A stretch of DNA of 64,000 bases, from positions 8,308,001-8,372,000 of the forward strand of contig NC_047078.1 in the NCBI RefSeq assembly GCF_902459465.1, read 5' to 3'. Below, piece after piece: positions 1 through 15,000 of the stretch (the stretch's first letter is position 1; each line of letters opens with the position of its first letter). The position numbers and the translations under genes were made by a program. The notes under the pieces were generated by a model, which was not told where the DNA came from, searched no databases, and saw only the letters and a list, made by a program, of their open reading frames with translations. This DNA is from Asterias rubens (lineage: Eukaryota).

Positions 1-3000
1 GATGGTAGTTACCACGGTAACATTCAATGGTTTATGAGGAGATGTCACTAAAATAAGAATGAAAATAAGAATGAAAAGCAAAAAAAACCACAAAAAACAT
101 TACCAGTCAAAATGGTATACATGTACACTTCACACTGTAAAAAACTGGGTCAGAGATAATTTTGTCTAAGAAATATTTTCTGCAAGAAGCATTTAATAAT
201 TAGGTGGACTTTGGTGTCAGATAAGCCTAAACCAGGCATGAAATTTCATCTTTTAGAGGGCAAGGCCACTTTCATTTTGCAAAGGGCACTTCATTTTGAA
301 ATTCTTAAAATCTATGGGAAACTGAGGGGCACCAAGGCCAAGACGGGGGGCAACAAAGGACATGGCCTCTGTTTAATGCAAGATCAACATTTACAGTAGG
401 TTTGGAAAAAGCTCCTAAGGTAGCAATGATTTGTGCTTCGTTTCATGCTTGGAGCAAAATGCTTACCAATTAAAAAGACCCGTGGTATAAATGCAAAAAA
501 TAGTTAATGGCCTGACGTTTTGACCCCAGCAGAGTATTTCTCCAAGGCTACACAAGTGTACAGGACAAAAGTGCTATTCACACAACAGCAATTTAACTTG
601 GGACCTTTGCTTAATTTTAGCATGGTTGTAAAATCTAGCAATGTTTGAACTTGGTTTGACAAGAATTTGCAAGAGAATTTTGACGGTAAAAAAAAAAATC
701 CTTTCACACAATGCACATCATTTGTAAAGTTTTACAACCATGCTACATTTGCTCTTGTGTGAAAGGGGTTAGGTCGTAGGTTCAGGCCATTAACAATTTC
801 AAGAACTACATGTAGTGGTGCACTTTAAACTCGACCTATGCAACTGCAGACAGAGACGCCATGACTGTATGTTAGAGGTATGTTCATTTGTTTGTAGAGT
901 AGATACAGCTAGTTTATCTTTGATTGCATTACCAAAGTACATGTTTTTATCTTATTTAAAGTATATATAATTAATAACACACTCAAAGAAAACACAAGTT
1001 AGAATTTGATGATTAATGTGTATGACTCATATAGTGCGGTATTCTGCCAACAGCTAGCTAGTCAAAATACTGAGAATAAAACAACTGAATCTGATCAGAG
1101 TTAACACTTTGTTTGTTTTTCTTGGTTGCCTTTCAAGTTGGTTTAAAGATTCTTTACATTGGTAGGGTTATGATGTGTCAGTCTCCTGAAAATATAAACA
1201 TTACCGATGCCAGCAGGGATAGGTCTATAAGTAACTTTTAGTTCTCTGTTGGCGTGACAAGCAATACATACGGCAGGCGGTTTGGGCACTGGCCTGGTGA
1301 CCAATCTTATTTCTTTATCTTTTTCTCTCATTATGTGCATTTTAACATGTCTTAAATGCTTTTGATAATTTTTGTGTACAGGTGGCAAAATCAATATATT
1401 TCTAGGGGACTTTGGAACGCTAGGTGGCAACAGACTTACCAGGTAAATTTCAATTGTGTACGTTATTAGTCTGAGTTTACTCACAATTCCCTGAACAATG
1501 GATTCATAATGGTCACATACATGTAGAGTTACCAAATGTCTTGATCCCCTTATTAATTAATTATTAACACCTTTTCAAACAGAAATCTTGATGTAGTGTA
1601 ACTGTAAGATTAACATACTAAGCTTGATACTGGTTTACTAAGTACTACCACTTTACATGCTTAGACAAGACATGCAAACAATCAAAACACAGATAAAAGA
1701 GATTATTTCTGGTAAAAAAGGAAGTGGTGAGATTATTTTGATTGTTTGTGTTAGGTTGTTTTTTTCTTCTTTTTTCCCTCTTTTTTTCTCTTCCCCTTTT
1801 TTGGGGGGAAAGGGGAGGGTGAGGGGAATGGTCGAGAAACTTACGTTCTACTATAAGCTGTGTTGTGCTGATGATCGTAGCGATCTCATTGGCCGCTTCG
1901 CATTGATATATCCCATGATCCTCTTTGGTCAGTCCGCGAATCATCAGACTGGTCTGAGAGATGGTCGATCGAAATGGAGCAAGTTTACCGTCCAGCTGAG
2001 CAAAACCAAAATAAAAAGTGCAACTTTAATTTGATTTAAAACAACGAAGAAGCTTACATTTTATATAAATGCTAGAAATTCAATACAGCGTAAAAAGAGG
2101 CAACTACCAGGCAACAATTCCTGGATAATAAAAGAATTAAAATAAACCATGTTTTAATTTTTATTTTTATTCATTCAGGATTGGTAGAAGTAATTAAATA
2201 CGACACAGAATGTTGGCTCTGAAATGAGACGGTTTGGTCTTGACGTTTTGAACAGTATACTCAGGAGAAGATACAGCGTACTGTAGCAGAATAATTTGCT
2301 ACGGTGCAAGCGTATTTCACAGGGTAGCAGAAAAATTAGGGGGCCATATTGCGCGGTCACCATGGATTTGCATTGGGACATCATATATTTTTGTGCGGTA
2401 AAAACTGGAAGGTTAGCATGCATTTTCGTGTGCAGACAGTATTGATGTTTTTTGACACTTTGTCACTGCTTATGCTTGTGATATTTTTTGATTTTTTTAA
2501 TTGATCATCATTCTGGTGTGGGTTGTTTGGAATTGATCAGGCTGAAGCAAATTCTTAGAAGGATTTTTGACTATTTGAAATAAGTAAGTGTCTTACCATT
2601 CTCCATGTGATAGTTGGGCTGGGCTCTCCCACTGCAGAGCATGGCATAGTGATGTCATCACCCAAGGTACGTTGATAAACTAGCTTAGGTTTAACAACAA
2701 ATGTCGGCGGGTCTGAAAAAGTCACATCATTTGAAATCAATCAATCAATCAGTCAATCAATCATGAGGCATTTGTAGAGCGCCATCATTCTATATTTGAT
2801 TTGTGGTAACACCATGTGTGTATCTACTTGCCAGGTAGAGTTTGTTCTTGAAGAACTGTCTTTCTTTATTCTACTATCGCGGAGTAGATTTATCGGATAA
2901 TCAGGAGACTTCTCAGTTCTGGAAAGAACTGTCCTGCTTTTTAACTACTACCCGGGCGGAAGGTATAGAAAATAGGCTGGGACTACCACTTTAGCTTACA

Positions 3001-6000
3001 GGATCGTAATTAACTGCACTACCGCAGAGTCAGTTCTTGAATTGTTCTCACTGTTTCGACTTGCTTGCTCTAGTCATCGTCACAAGGCACTTACAAACTG
3101 AAGAAAAGAGAGTTCACAGAATGTTATTTGGAGATGACAAGAGTCATAGACTAAAGCCTTGTTTATACTTCTTATATTTAGTCACCATACACTCACCTTT
3201 AACAGTCAGTAGGGTTGCTGTTGACACCCCTGCTGTACCGATCTTATTGTAAGGAGCGCAGGTATAAGACCCACTATCGTTAAACTCGGTGTCTGTGATG
3301 GTTAGACTGCCCTCGCTTGATATGTGATATCTGAAAACAAAGCAACATAGGAACAAAAATTGAAGACAAGACTACTTTGGCATTTCATTCTCCTAGTTTC
3401 CAACAAAAATCACAATTGTAATCAACTTGCACACTGCTTACGAACAAAAAGGACCTATGGTATAAATGCGAGAAAAAGTAAATGGCCGGATATTTGGACC
3501 CAGGACAGACTGCACTACAAAAACCAAGACTTGACTTCTGCGTTAACCAGTTAGCGAACTGGTTTCTTCCGTCGCCTTCAACCTCTTGGACCCCGGTTTA
3601 AATCCTGTTCAGGATGTGGATTGGGTTTTCATTGTGCCTGCGTGGGTTTCCTTAGAATTCTCTAGGGTTTATCTCCCACATCTAAAGCTGAAACTTCTTC
3701 CTTGTCTATTCTTCATCGGGTTCCTGTCTAGTACAGTGATTAAGATTGTTTTTCTGAGAATCAGCAACCAGCATAAACAACTAAATAAATAAATCATGGT
3801 CGTCTGAAACCAAGCTCACCTATTTGATGGCAGTTGAATAATCTCGGCTCCTGCTTTGTACCATTTAACATTAAGAACAGGTGGATCAGCATCAGCTGTG
3901 CATGATAGAGTAACATCAAGGCCTCTAGATATGTAGGCATTGGCTGGCATGCCCACAACATAAGCAGCATCTGAAATAAGACAACAATCATTAGTTTCCA
4001 TCATTGTAGAGAGAAGGCACTGGACACAGTTGGTAATTTGGCAAAGACAAGTATTCTCTGTGCAAATTTTGGCCTCAATTGGACATCAAAGCTGCAAGAA
4101 AAAACACCCTTGTTTTTATGCCTGAGAAAGGCCTCAGGCCTGAAAAGTCTTTCTCAGACTCAATTATTTGATTGAGAAATTACCTCTTTCTCAAAAAATA
4201 TGTTACTTCAGAGGGAGTCGTTTCTCACAATGTTTTAGGCTATCAACAGCTCTCCGTTGCTCATAACCAAGTAAGTTTTTATGCTAATACGTATTGTAAG
4301 CAATAAGCAAGTGTATTCAGTGCCTTTAAGAAGCTCTATGAAATTATGCCCAGGGATCATGGTTGGAAGAAAATAATGAGTTCAAGTTTGTCAGAGATTT
4401 TGAGCAGAAAATAAAGTAATTTTGTTCAGACAAATCAATATTGTTCACACAATGTTTTCAGACACAATATTTTCAGACAGACACATTTTTTACGACAATA
4501 CTTACATTGCACATCGAGGTACCCTCTTGCCGTGGGAGGTACCCCTAACCCATTAGTAGGGCTACACGAATACCATCCTTCATCCTCTGGGCGTACCCTC
4601 TCAACAGTCAGACCCCCCTCTGGGAGTAAGGCGTATCTCCCTCTAAGACTGGGTACAGTCTCTATGTAGTCATCTTGGTAGTACCAGCGTTGGGTGATAT
4701 TACTGGGTGAGGCTTCCGCTTCGCATTCCAAGATGGCCGTTTCGTCTTGTATTACTGAAATATTGTGTGGTGGGATGAATATAAATGGCGCACCTGTGGA
4801 CAAAACAAAAACAATACTTTGACTTATCTAGGAACAAAAATACTAACATTGTAAAAAAAAAAAAAAAAATTAAACATAAAAATATATATATAAGGGGAAA
4901 AATGGAACGAAACCAAAACGGGAGGCAAAAAAACCTGGAAATATATTTATTGCACTGTGTGTGTGTTGGCCCTAGGCCTTACATGTAAGTAGTGAAGGGA
5001 AAATGTGATTTTCGTTACAAAGGGTACTTCCTTTCGATAATATTGAAGTCTATGGAAACCTTTTGATAACCTGTTTCGGCTCTTGGCCTTGGTGCCTCTT
5101 TCACTTCCAAAATGAAGAGGGCACCAAGGCCAGCCAATCTGTAAAATGTTGGACTCTGAAGTCTGATTATGGTGGTACAGTGTACATGTACATGTATGCC
5201 TAATCTCATGTTCAGTTTACTACATGTGCATATAGTGCAGTCTAGGCCTCAGTCCAACAGAATCAAACAAAACAGCTAGTAGGATTTTGATGGTTCGGTA
5301 CGATTAATTTGAAATATTTATTACCCACCATGCACTAGAAGTCTGACTGTGTGCTGAACTGCCCCCTCCTCACTCTCCGCAGTGCAAACGTACGTCCCTC
5401 CATCATGCTCTTGCACCCCTTCAAAGACAATGGAACTGACTGTTGTCCGAATATGGGCACCTGTAATTGGTGCACCATCTTTGAGCCAAGTAACTGTTGG
5501 TGTAGGGGTGCCCTTTGCGATGCATTGAAGTTCACTGGTTTTTCCTTGGTGGAATATGACAAGAGCTGGTGGAGTACTTAAAAATCTTGGTGGGCCTGAG
5601 GAGTATAAAAAGAAAGAAACTTTATCATCAAAAGCTAGAAAGGATTTTCTTGAAGGATTTCTAAACACTCAATGATGGTATGAAAGTATAATTGACGCTT
5701 TTACTAAAACAAAAAGTAGAAAAGCTGTGCACTTCAACTTAATTCTTACTATGATCCTAGAGACAAATATTAACTTAATAAATGAAATAAGTAAATAAAA
5801 TAAAAAGTTTTGCCTCTGCCAAGTAATGTATTTAGGCAATTAATTTAGAAATGAAAGAAGTGATAATAAACTGTTTTGAATTTATTTAATTTTTGAAGAT
5901 CACCCTTTTTAACTTTTCAAATTGGTAACATTTTCCAGCGAGTGGACCAGCCATTCAGCTTTGCCGATTTGTGTTTGGTAGCACCACTGTGCAAAGAACT

Positions 6001-9000
6001 ACCAGTAGGCTGCCAGGCTATACGCCTAATGTACTGTACCGCATGATATCATCATAAAACTGCTGCAGGCTAGTAAAGATTCATTTATTTAAAACCACAG
6101 TGGACGACATTGAACAGAGCTGTATTTAGAGAGAGAGTTGCCCAGTAGAAGGATCAGTTTTCTTTCTGTAGTGGTTGCTGGATGATTTTTGATCCAAATG
6201 TAACAACCAATGTGCAGTCTAGTCTTGCATCCTGGGGCGTGTTTTTGCGGATGACCAAAAACTGTTTTGTTCAATTTAATGGCTCGTGATTGACCAACGG
6301 CAAATTCAACCGAAACAGTTAATATTGCTTTTGACCACCAAAACGCATTCCTGTGTGCACACATTTTTGGAGGGCCCTCCCAAGCCCTTCAAATCACAAG
6401 TTGTTACATTCTCTCAAAACACAGCTTTGGTACAATGTACATATGTATTATGGTCAGTCCTGCATTGTCTATAGCTCCATGGTCAGACAGTAAAGTTTGT
6501 GAGCAGAAGTCGTTTTCAAGGTGCTCAATTGTAAACATGTCAGATCATTAAGTTCACACTTTTAGAACTAGTGTAGGACACATTAACACACACACTTACA
6601 ACTAGGTGTACCTACATGTATGATCAGGGATAGGAGTCATTCCTGACAAAAAAGTCTGAAAGTGAAACTGGAATCCAGATCTGTGGATAAGGACTTGGGT
6701 ACAATGAAATGATGGAAATTCCACCTTTTGATCACCCTTTGAGTTATAGACTCGCAACAAAGGAGCTGTTGTGAACAGTAGGCTATCCTCAGTGTACAGT
6801 GAAAGTAGACCTAAGAGCTTGACTTTATTTAATTTTAAGAAAATGCTGTACCTTGATAACCATTTAGACTTTAAACAGTCTGAATTCAGATAAAAGTCTA
6901 TCTCATCACTAATACAGCATGTGTGCAACATGGATTTTCATCACATCAAAGCTATGGTTCTGGTGTAGTAAGATTTCAGTGCCGACTCCACTGTTCACAT
7001 GAACATTGTTCAGCCACACAGCTTTTGTCAGCTTGGCTTTTACCCAAGATTATTAGTATCAGGTTTTAGGTAACACAAGTACGCCCTAGGTTATGGAAAC
7101 AAGAAATTCAAAACCACGTCAGTTGAGTTCTTGCCCAACCCTGAGGCCAACATTGAACAGCCTTGGCAAACAACTCTATACAATTCAGAGTATTTTCTAA
7201 AAGACTTTAGGAATCGTTGCCCTTCGTTGAAAATGAGAAAATAAATCGAGATTTAAATGGCCATTCATGACAAGTAATAAAACCCAAAGTGAAATCTTTT
7301 CTCATTATAAAAAAAAACAAAGTGCCAACTCCACCAACAAAATGACAAAAAATAGATTGAGAGTCTGTTGTAACAGACAATTTTTTCAGCTAAACCATCT
7401 TTGTTCCAAACAGTTTTGTAAGATACATTTGCTCATGAATGCTTAGCAGAGCAAAATCTTGATAACATGTATACATAGGCATACATCATACATGTAGACC
7501 CCATTGGGCAAAATATTATTTTTAAGAAACTTTAAATCTGAACAGCATTATTAGCACAGATTGATTTTTAAAATGAAAGCACTCAAGTTTGCTGAAAGAG
7601 CAGGAGAGTTTTACATACATGTAGCAAGAACAGCTACAAGTGCATTGTAGTCCATTCTTATATTTTTTGCCTACAGAAGTGTTGCAAGTTAGCAACTCTG
7701 CTACGCAGCCCAACAAGTACATTAAAATGAGTTCACACTTCTTGAAGCCCAGTAGTGCCAGTTTAACTTAATCCCTATTATGGTATTCTTGTAAGAAGTC
7801 CCTAGTCTCAAGTACCAGGCCCTTATTAGGTCTTTAATTCATAAAAAAAACTCAAGATAAACACTTCCACTCAGGGCTTCTACAATGTATATGAGATTAT
7901 TCTGTCAAGCCCTTGGGATGGGATTTGTAGGAGCAGCTTGCCAAGCCTAAAAGTGACCTTGTGTTTCTATAATCCCAAGTGACTTTAGTTGTACCCTTCT
8001 CACCAAGCGAGGGAGCATACTCTGACACTATTGTGAGCGGCACACGGCCACTGGGGGTGGATTAGGTAACAGTTGGCTTTCAACAACAACAAACTGGTAT
8101 TGTTCATTACTGGGATTCAATTGACCAATGAAATCACATGTTGTGTTTTGACGGTTGGAAACATATTTCAAAGTTGTTGTTTGCATTATTTGAATTCAGA
8201 TTTTTTTCTATTGTGAAGTCCTCCTTGTTGTATCAGCAATTTTAACCCAACATTTTTTTCATGTTTACAAAAACAGGTTATTGGCTGAAGTTTTCATAAA
8301 CTCACTTTTGTATTTCAGAAATTTGGCAATTAACTGTTTTTCTTATGTGATTCATGTGTTTCAGTTGATAGGAAATCAAATGTAATGTTGTTCATTGAAC
8401 AAGATTATTTCAAAAAGAAAAGGTAACTTGGTTTTGGAAGTTTCTTAGTGAAGGTTCCCTTAAATAAGTAGGGCCTACCAGGCCTGTATGCTTCATTTTT
8501 GAAAGGGCAAGGGCACAAAGCCATTTTCTCTTAGGTAAAGGGCACCCAATAAGGAAATTGTAAATATCTACTGTTAGAGCATTTCAAGGGTGCAAAGGCA
8601 ATGACCAGGGGGCATGGAGGCAATCGCCTAATAGTTGCCTCTGTGAATGATGTATGCCTACATTAAACAACATAATTTTTTTTTAAGAAAAGGTAACTTG
8701 GTTTTGGGGCTTCTTGGTGAAAGACCCTGATAAATAAGTGGGGCCTACTGTAGCCTAGATATATCTATAGACATGTACATGTAGTGAATGGCAAATTGTG
8801 AATTGTTGTAGGTTATGCCCAGCTGCACATTAGACAGTGTTAGAGCATCCATGGAGAACCCAATCCCAAAATTCAAATCTCCCCAAAATGGCATTCTAAA
8901 TGTTCTACATGTAGGTGCAATAACTGTCCAGATCAGTACAATGTAAGTGAATGCCAATTGTGGATTATGGGACATCTTTCTGCCCAGCTTTAGACTTAAA

Positions 9001-12000
9001 TGTAGAGCGCCCCCCCCCCTCCTAACCCAAATACCCCAAACAATTCTAGGTGTAATAACTGTCCAGATCAACAAGTGGCACATAAAACATCAACCTTCAG
9101 ACTGAAACCGAAACCCATTAAGATGCACAATAAAATATGCCATTTGATTTAATGGGGGTGGGATGGGTTATGTTATGTACAATTGATATAAACTACCTTC
9201 CATTCCTGGGGTTGATTTCACAAAGAGTTGGGACTAGTCCTAACTTAAGACTAGTATTAACTTCTTGCATAGTCCTAACTTAGGACTTACTAGTCCTAAG
9301 AGATATCAAAAACGTACAGCTAGTCCTAAAATAGGACTAGTAACTCGTCCTAACCCGAGATAAGACTATAGTCATAACTCTTTGTGAAATCCACCCCTAG
9401 GCTGAAAAAGGATAAACAAGGGGCTTTAGTCAAGGCGTTACATAATTCCACCCCTGATCAATTTTAAAAGAAGTTATTAAATTCTTGCATCAAGTCACAG
9501 TTGGACAGTTTTGGTAAAAATGGCATCAAAAATGTTTTTCACAGCGCTCAGGAAAGTACTGAGTAGCTTAATGCTTTAACACACATCGGTGTAGATTTTA
9601 TGGGGAAAACCAAAATAATTTGCTTCAACTTACCTATAACAGTGAGATGAATAAATGTTCCATTTCCAATATCGTCATAGTTTCCATTCAAAACAATGAC
9701 TTGACACTCGTACATTCCATCATCCTCCGCTACTATATCATCAATCTGTAGCGATAAATCATCAAGAAGGCTAGCCCTTCCTTCATACTGGGGGTCGACG
9801 TAAGGTTCATTGGCTAAGAAACCGATGTAGAATGGGAACGGTAGATCCAGGCGACGCCATTGGATGAAGAATAAAACGAAAGGGGCGCTTGGGGAGGGGG
9901 TGGGGACTGATTGATTGCAGGGGAGGATCACAGTCTCACCGGTGCGAACGAAGATTTGTTCCTCCGAAGAATCTGTACACAGAAAAGAAATTTGAGAAAA
10001 AAGATTTAGCTGTTGCAAACTGCTTACCAACCAAAAGGACCTATGATTGTATAAATGCAAACAAAAGTTAATGGCCTGACGTTTCAACCATACATGTCTG
10101 CAGACAGAGTCTTCCTTGAGAAAAAAACAACAACAAAAAAACACATCATTGTTTTCTCATGATGTGAACATAAATTATTTGATTGGCTTATTATAGTCTA
10201 CACTTTGTATTTTATTAAAAAATACAGAGGATGCAACTAATTTATTCTTGCATTAAAACAATAATGATTCTCTTTAGAGCTTACTGATAAAAATCTGCTT
10301 TTTACAATACATTTACTGTAAATTTGTAGCGAGTGTAAAAATTCAAAATTTGATTGAAGTACTTATTCTTCTTCCAAAAAGCACTACAGGGCCCAATTTC
10401 ATAGAGCTACAAAAGGACAAAAAGTAGCTGCATGTAAGCATAACAATATTACGCTTACCGTAGTCTTGGTTCCAAGACCATTGGTGTTGCGCGGTCACAC
10501 TCAACCAACGTTCCAAATATGCACGGCAAAAACTGTACACGCTTGTAATGAATGAACGAACGCTAGCGGGCGCTCTGTTTCTCTGATTTAGATCTCACCA
10601 TGGTCTTGGTTATTTGCAACGACGGGTCTTAACTTTTTTATTGTTTTTCGGCAAATCTCCCCCGACTTTCCGGTGGAGCCAATCAGAGGCTGCGTAGCAG
10701 TTGGCTCATGAATAATAATTAGTGTTGTGCATGCAGTGTACAATGCATGCAGTAAGTGCGTTGCATGACTTTTGCTATACTCTGCATGTGTGTGTGGGTT
10801 TACGTTTTTTATCGGAGTATAATAATATCCAGATCAGTAGGATTTGAAACTTTGCATGGTGGAAATACGATATAGAAAGGTTTGCGGTAACACCAAACCT
10901 TTCTATTAATATCCAGATCCAGACTTCTGCATTGCCATGGTGCAGTTTGAGGACCCAGTTTGAAATGCGATCGTGGCGTTATGCTCCCGACGTGCCAGGG
11001 CCCAATTTCATGAAGCCTGTATTGGCACAACAATTTGCTTAGTTAGCACAAAGTAGTATTGCTTAGCAGAAACTGGTTACCAGCCAATTTTTAATTAAAT
11101 TTGAAATGTTGTAGACTTGTGGCTAGTGCCCAATTATATTTTTGGATAGTAAAGAAATTGTATACAGTATTTTCTGCCAAACAGATAACTGGTGGGTCCT
11201 GTAGTGTTATTCACGGTGAAAGTTGTTTAATCTTGGGGGAAGGAAATCTTGAGGGATTCAAAAGCGTCCCTTTGAGAACGTATTTTGAAACGTAAGCGTA
11301 GCTGCAGATCTTGGAACGTAAGCATAGCTTGACTCGGGATTGAAAGCGTACCTTTTGATATTACAGCGTAACCTAAACGTATCTTGGAGTGTATTAGCGT
11401 AGCTGAGTAGCTGCGTAGCTTGGAACGTTGACATATCTTTTGAAACGTAAGCATATCTTGGAACGTAAACCTAGCTGCGTATCTTGGAACGTAAGCGTAA
11501 CTTGACATAGGATTGAAAGCGTACCTTTTGATATTATAGCGTAACTTCAAGGAACGTAAGTAGATCTTGGAATGTAAACAGAGCGCAGAGCTGAGTAGCT
11601 GCGACTATAGTCGGGTCATAAATTCCACTAGTTGCCCAATTTAATCATTACCTCAAAAATAACTCTTCATTCACAGAATTAAAAAATAATACTTTGTTTG
11701 ACAAATTATGCTTTGAGGGAATTTTGTTTTATCATTATTTTTATTTCAACCTTTTATAAAAAATTCTCATAATTTGTTTAAGCTACTCACACAACAATGT
11801 CAATATAACAAAATGCGGAATTCATACGTTTTGACATCATCAAAATTACCTGAAAAATCATAACAAAAAGAAATTAGGGGGCCATGAAACAAAATGGAGC
11901 AATTGGAACGTTGCGATCATAAGAAACAACGGATTAGACACCCGCAAGCTGGGAGTTATAGCGCCCGGGATTTAACACCTCCAACCCCCACGAGACACGG

Positions 12001-15000
12001 CATGGGCGGTACGTGATATTCCACAAGGCTTACGTTCCGATTGCCCCACGCCGTGGGGCCATACAAGCATCCGTTACCAGACTCTCTGAATGCTAATCTT
12101 ACGTTCGATTTTTGACCATTATTTACGATTTCAAATCGTCACGTATCCATAATCTGAATAAGTAGTCTATACTTGAAATTTCACTGTTTTCCTAATGACC
12201 ACAGAATCACTTTGAGCAAAGATTATTAAAAATAGAGCGCCGATCATATTGACCTTTGACTCGATCTAGTTTGAATAGTCATCTTCAATTCGTCACGTGA
12301 TATGAATATTGCATACATTAAAAGTCATTTACATAGTCTGGCCACGCATTCAATTTGCAAATGTCTAAGACCTTGGTGAGCACAGACTCTAGACATGGTG
12401 AGATCTAAATCAGAGAAACAGAGTGCCCGCTAGCGTTCGTTCATTACAAGCGTGTACAGTTTTTGCCGTGCATAATCGGAACGTTGGTTGTGTGTGACCG
12501 CGCAACACCAATGGTCTTGGAACCAAGACTACGCTTACCGGGAAAAAAGTTACCAACTGCTTAGCAGAAAATTGTTAAGCAAAGTTTTCTTTAGCTAAGC
12601 ACATCTTTGAAATTGGGCCCTGCTTGCCATGTATAAAAAGTATCAAAAAATACCAGTTAAATCTTAGCCTTACTTTAACAACCGAAGCTTTCAGTTGCTA
12701 AAGCATGGATCAGTGAAGCTCTCTATAATATTTTCTTAAGACCAGAGAAACCTTTTACTGCTCAGCGTGAAACATAGACTAAAATCCCATCATTTGACAA
12801 CAAATCCCCCAACTCTAAACCTTCCCCTTGCCTTGTAATGTTTGTGCAGCCTGGCATTGAATCTACAACTATTACTGAAACTACTGTGTGATTTACTAAG
12901 AGGTTTATACAAGGCCACTTTCCTGTGACCTCATTGTGACCCCTTCACCACAAGAACCTGTCAGCCATCACTCCTTAGAGCTGTCTCAATGCTCCAAGCG
13001 TCCTATCCTCAGAGCATGCTCAGAGCAAACAGGGGTTGTAAAACAATACAGGAATAAACTACAAGCTTTTGACTTGGAAGTATAAACTATGGGTGTTTGG
13101 TTTCGTTTTGAAAAGTGTTCTGAATGCAGAGCGGTGAATTTTTAAAGGTTTCCGGCAAAGTTTGCAATCAAACCTCAAATTAACCCATAGCATCCTAGCT
13201 TCCACATAAATCTCCAAAGGTTACCCCTTTCTATTTTGTTTGGTTTATTTGGTAGGGTAAAACTCTTATAGAATGCTAAGTTTTTGTGATTGGTTAAAAA
13301 ATCAGTTACTATTGGAAACTATTGTTTTTAAATTTAAAAGATAGTTGATTTATAAGATAGTTACATGTACATGTATTGATAGCCAGGGCCTAATTTCATA
13401 AGCACAACAACTTGCTAAGCACAAAAGAGTATTGCTTAACAGAAACAGGAGACCAGTCACAGTTAAATTAGGTTCACACTGTTGTGTCTGATGCCCCGCT
13501 CAAATTTTGCTCAGCAAAGACACTTTTTCAAACAGCTGCTTAAAAGCTTCATGAAAGTGGGCCCTGATGTTTTGACCTTAGAAGAGTATTTTTTCGATGG
13601 CTGAAAAAAAAGGTTAAAATTTACAAAGCCGACTGTAATGTTTGCTGTACATGTGATTGGTGTGTACATTACCAATCAGAATGCCTGAAATCTCTGGTGG
13701 TTATTCATGAATGCAGATTTAATATCCCCTGATGGGACAGATTAAAACCAGAATGACCCTGTAGGGATTAAGGAAAGGGATAAGCCACATTTATTCCTAC
13801 TGTTGCATCTTTTTGATACTACCCACGCATTTAGTATGAGCCAGCCATCTGTCACCATTCCATTGGCATATTTCGCACATTTATTTATGCTTCTCAAAAG
13901 ACAGAAACAAACTTGAAAACTTGTGATTGATTAATACAAACATGAGTTGGGACAGGTTGATGTACGAGACCATCTTGTCATTCAATTAACAAGGTGTAAT
14001 GAGGTCTTTTATCAAGGTTTGAAAGTCTCTTGAGGATGAAAATAGTTTCACAATGGCAAAAATACCATCTGGTGCTAAAGTTAATGCAGACTTTGTGTTT
14101 GTGTCATTCAGAAAGTTAATATAATAATAGGAATGCCTGGAATTGCAGGTAGACTTTGTGGCATCCTAATCTAGTCTTGGACTGGGTGCTTGTAAATTTA
14201 TCTCTAAAGACTTTCGCCTTGATGGACTATATGTTATGGTGGAGACTATCCCCTCCATGCCCCAGGACCTTATTTCATAGAGCTGCTTAATGGCCATTTT
14301 GTGCTTACTGTGTGATTTCCATTCATAATCATCTCACTGGATTTCCATTTCATAGCACTGCCAACTGTAAGCACACAAAAAGGCATGGTAACCTTCCGGT
14401 GCTTTACTTCACAAAAATGAATGACGTAATACAAATCAATGTCAAACGCACAATATGGCAGCCTAATTTTCTTGCTAACCTGTGAAATATGTTTACACCG
14501 TAGCAAGTTGTTCTGCTTCTGTAAGCACAAAAATGTGCTTAGCGTTAAGCAGCTCTAATAAATTGGGCCCTGGTCATTGCCTTAGACTCTTAAGAGCCCT
14601 TTGTAATGTTCCAGTAGAATGTTAAGGTAGAGATTTCCAGCACAAATTGCCTTTATATAGACCTGAAAACTTTCACTTCTGCCCCTTGGAACTAATCAGA
14701 CCTGAAAGTGCCCCTTGCAAGTTGTCCTACACTTCATATGAAATTTGACCTATTTATCCCTTCGCCAGTTCATACATTTTGAAATTAAAAAAAAATTGTA
14801 TGCATACATGTAGTTTCACTGAGGTTTAGTAAAACTATTTTGGATAGGCCTACATTTGAAATGATTCTGATTTGAATAAAGACAAGTTGACTAAAGCAGG
14901 GTTTGAACCATGGAGAAACTACACACATTATGTACCATCTTCAGATGACAGATGACCTTGGATGAAACCCATGGCCTACAGATGTTCCTACACACTTCAT

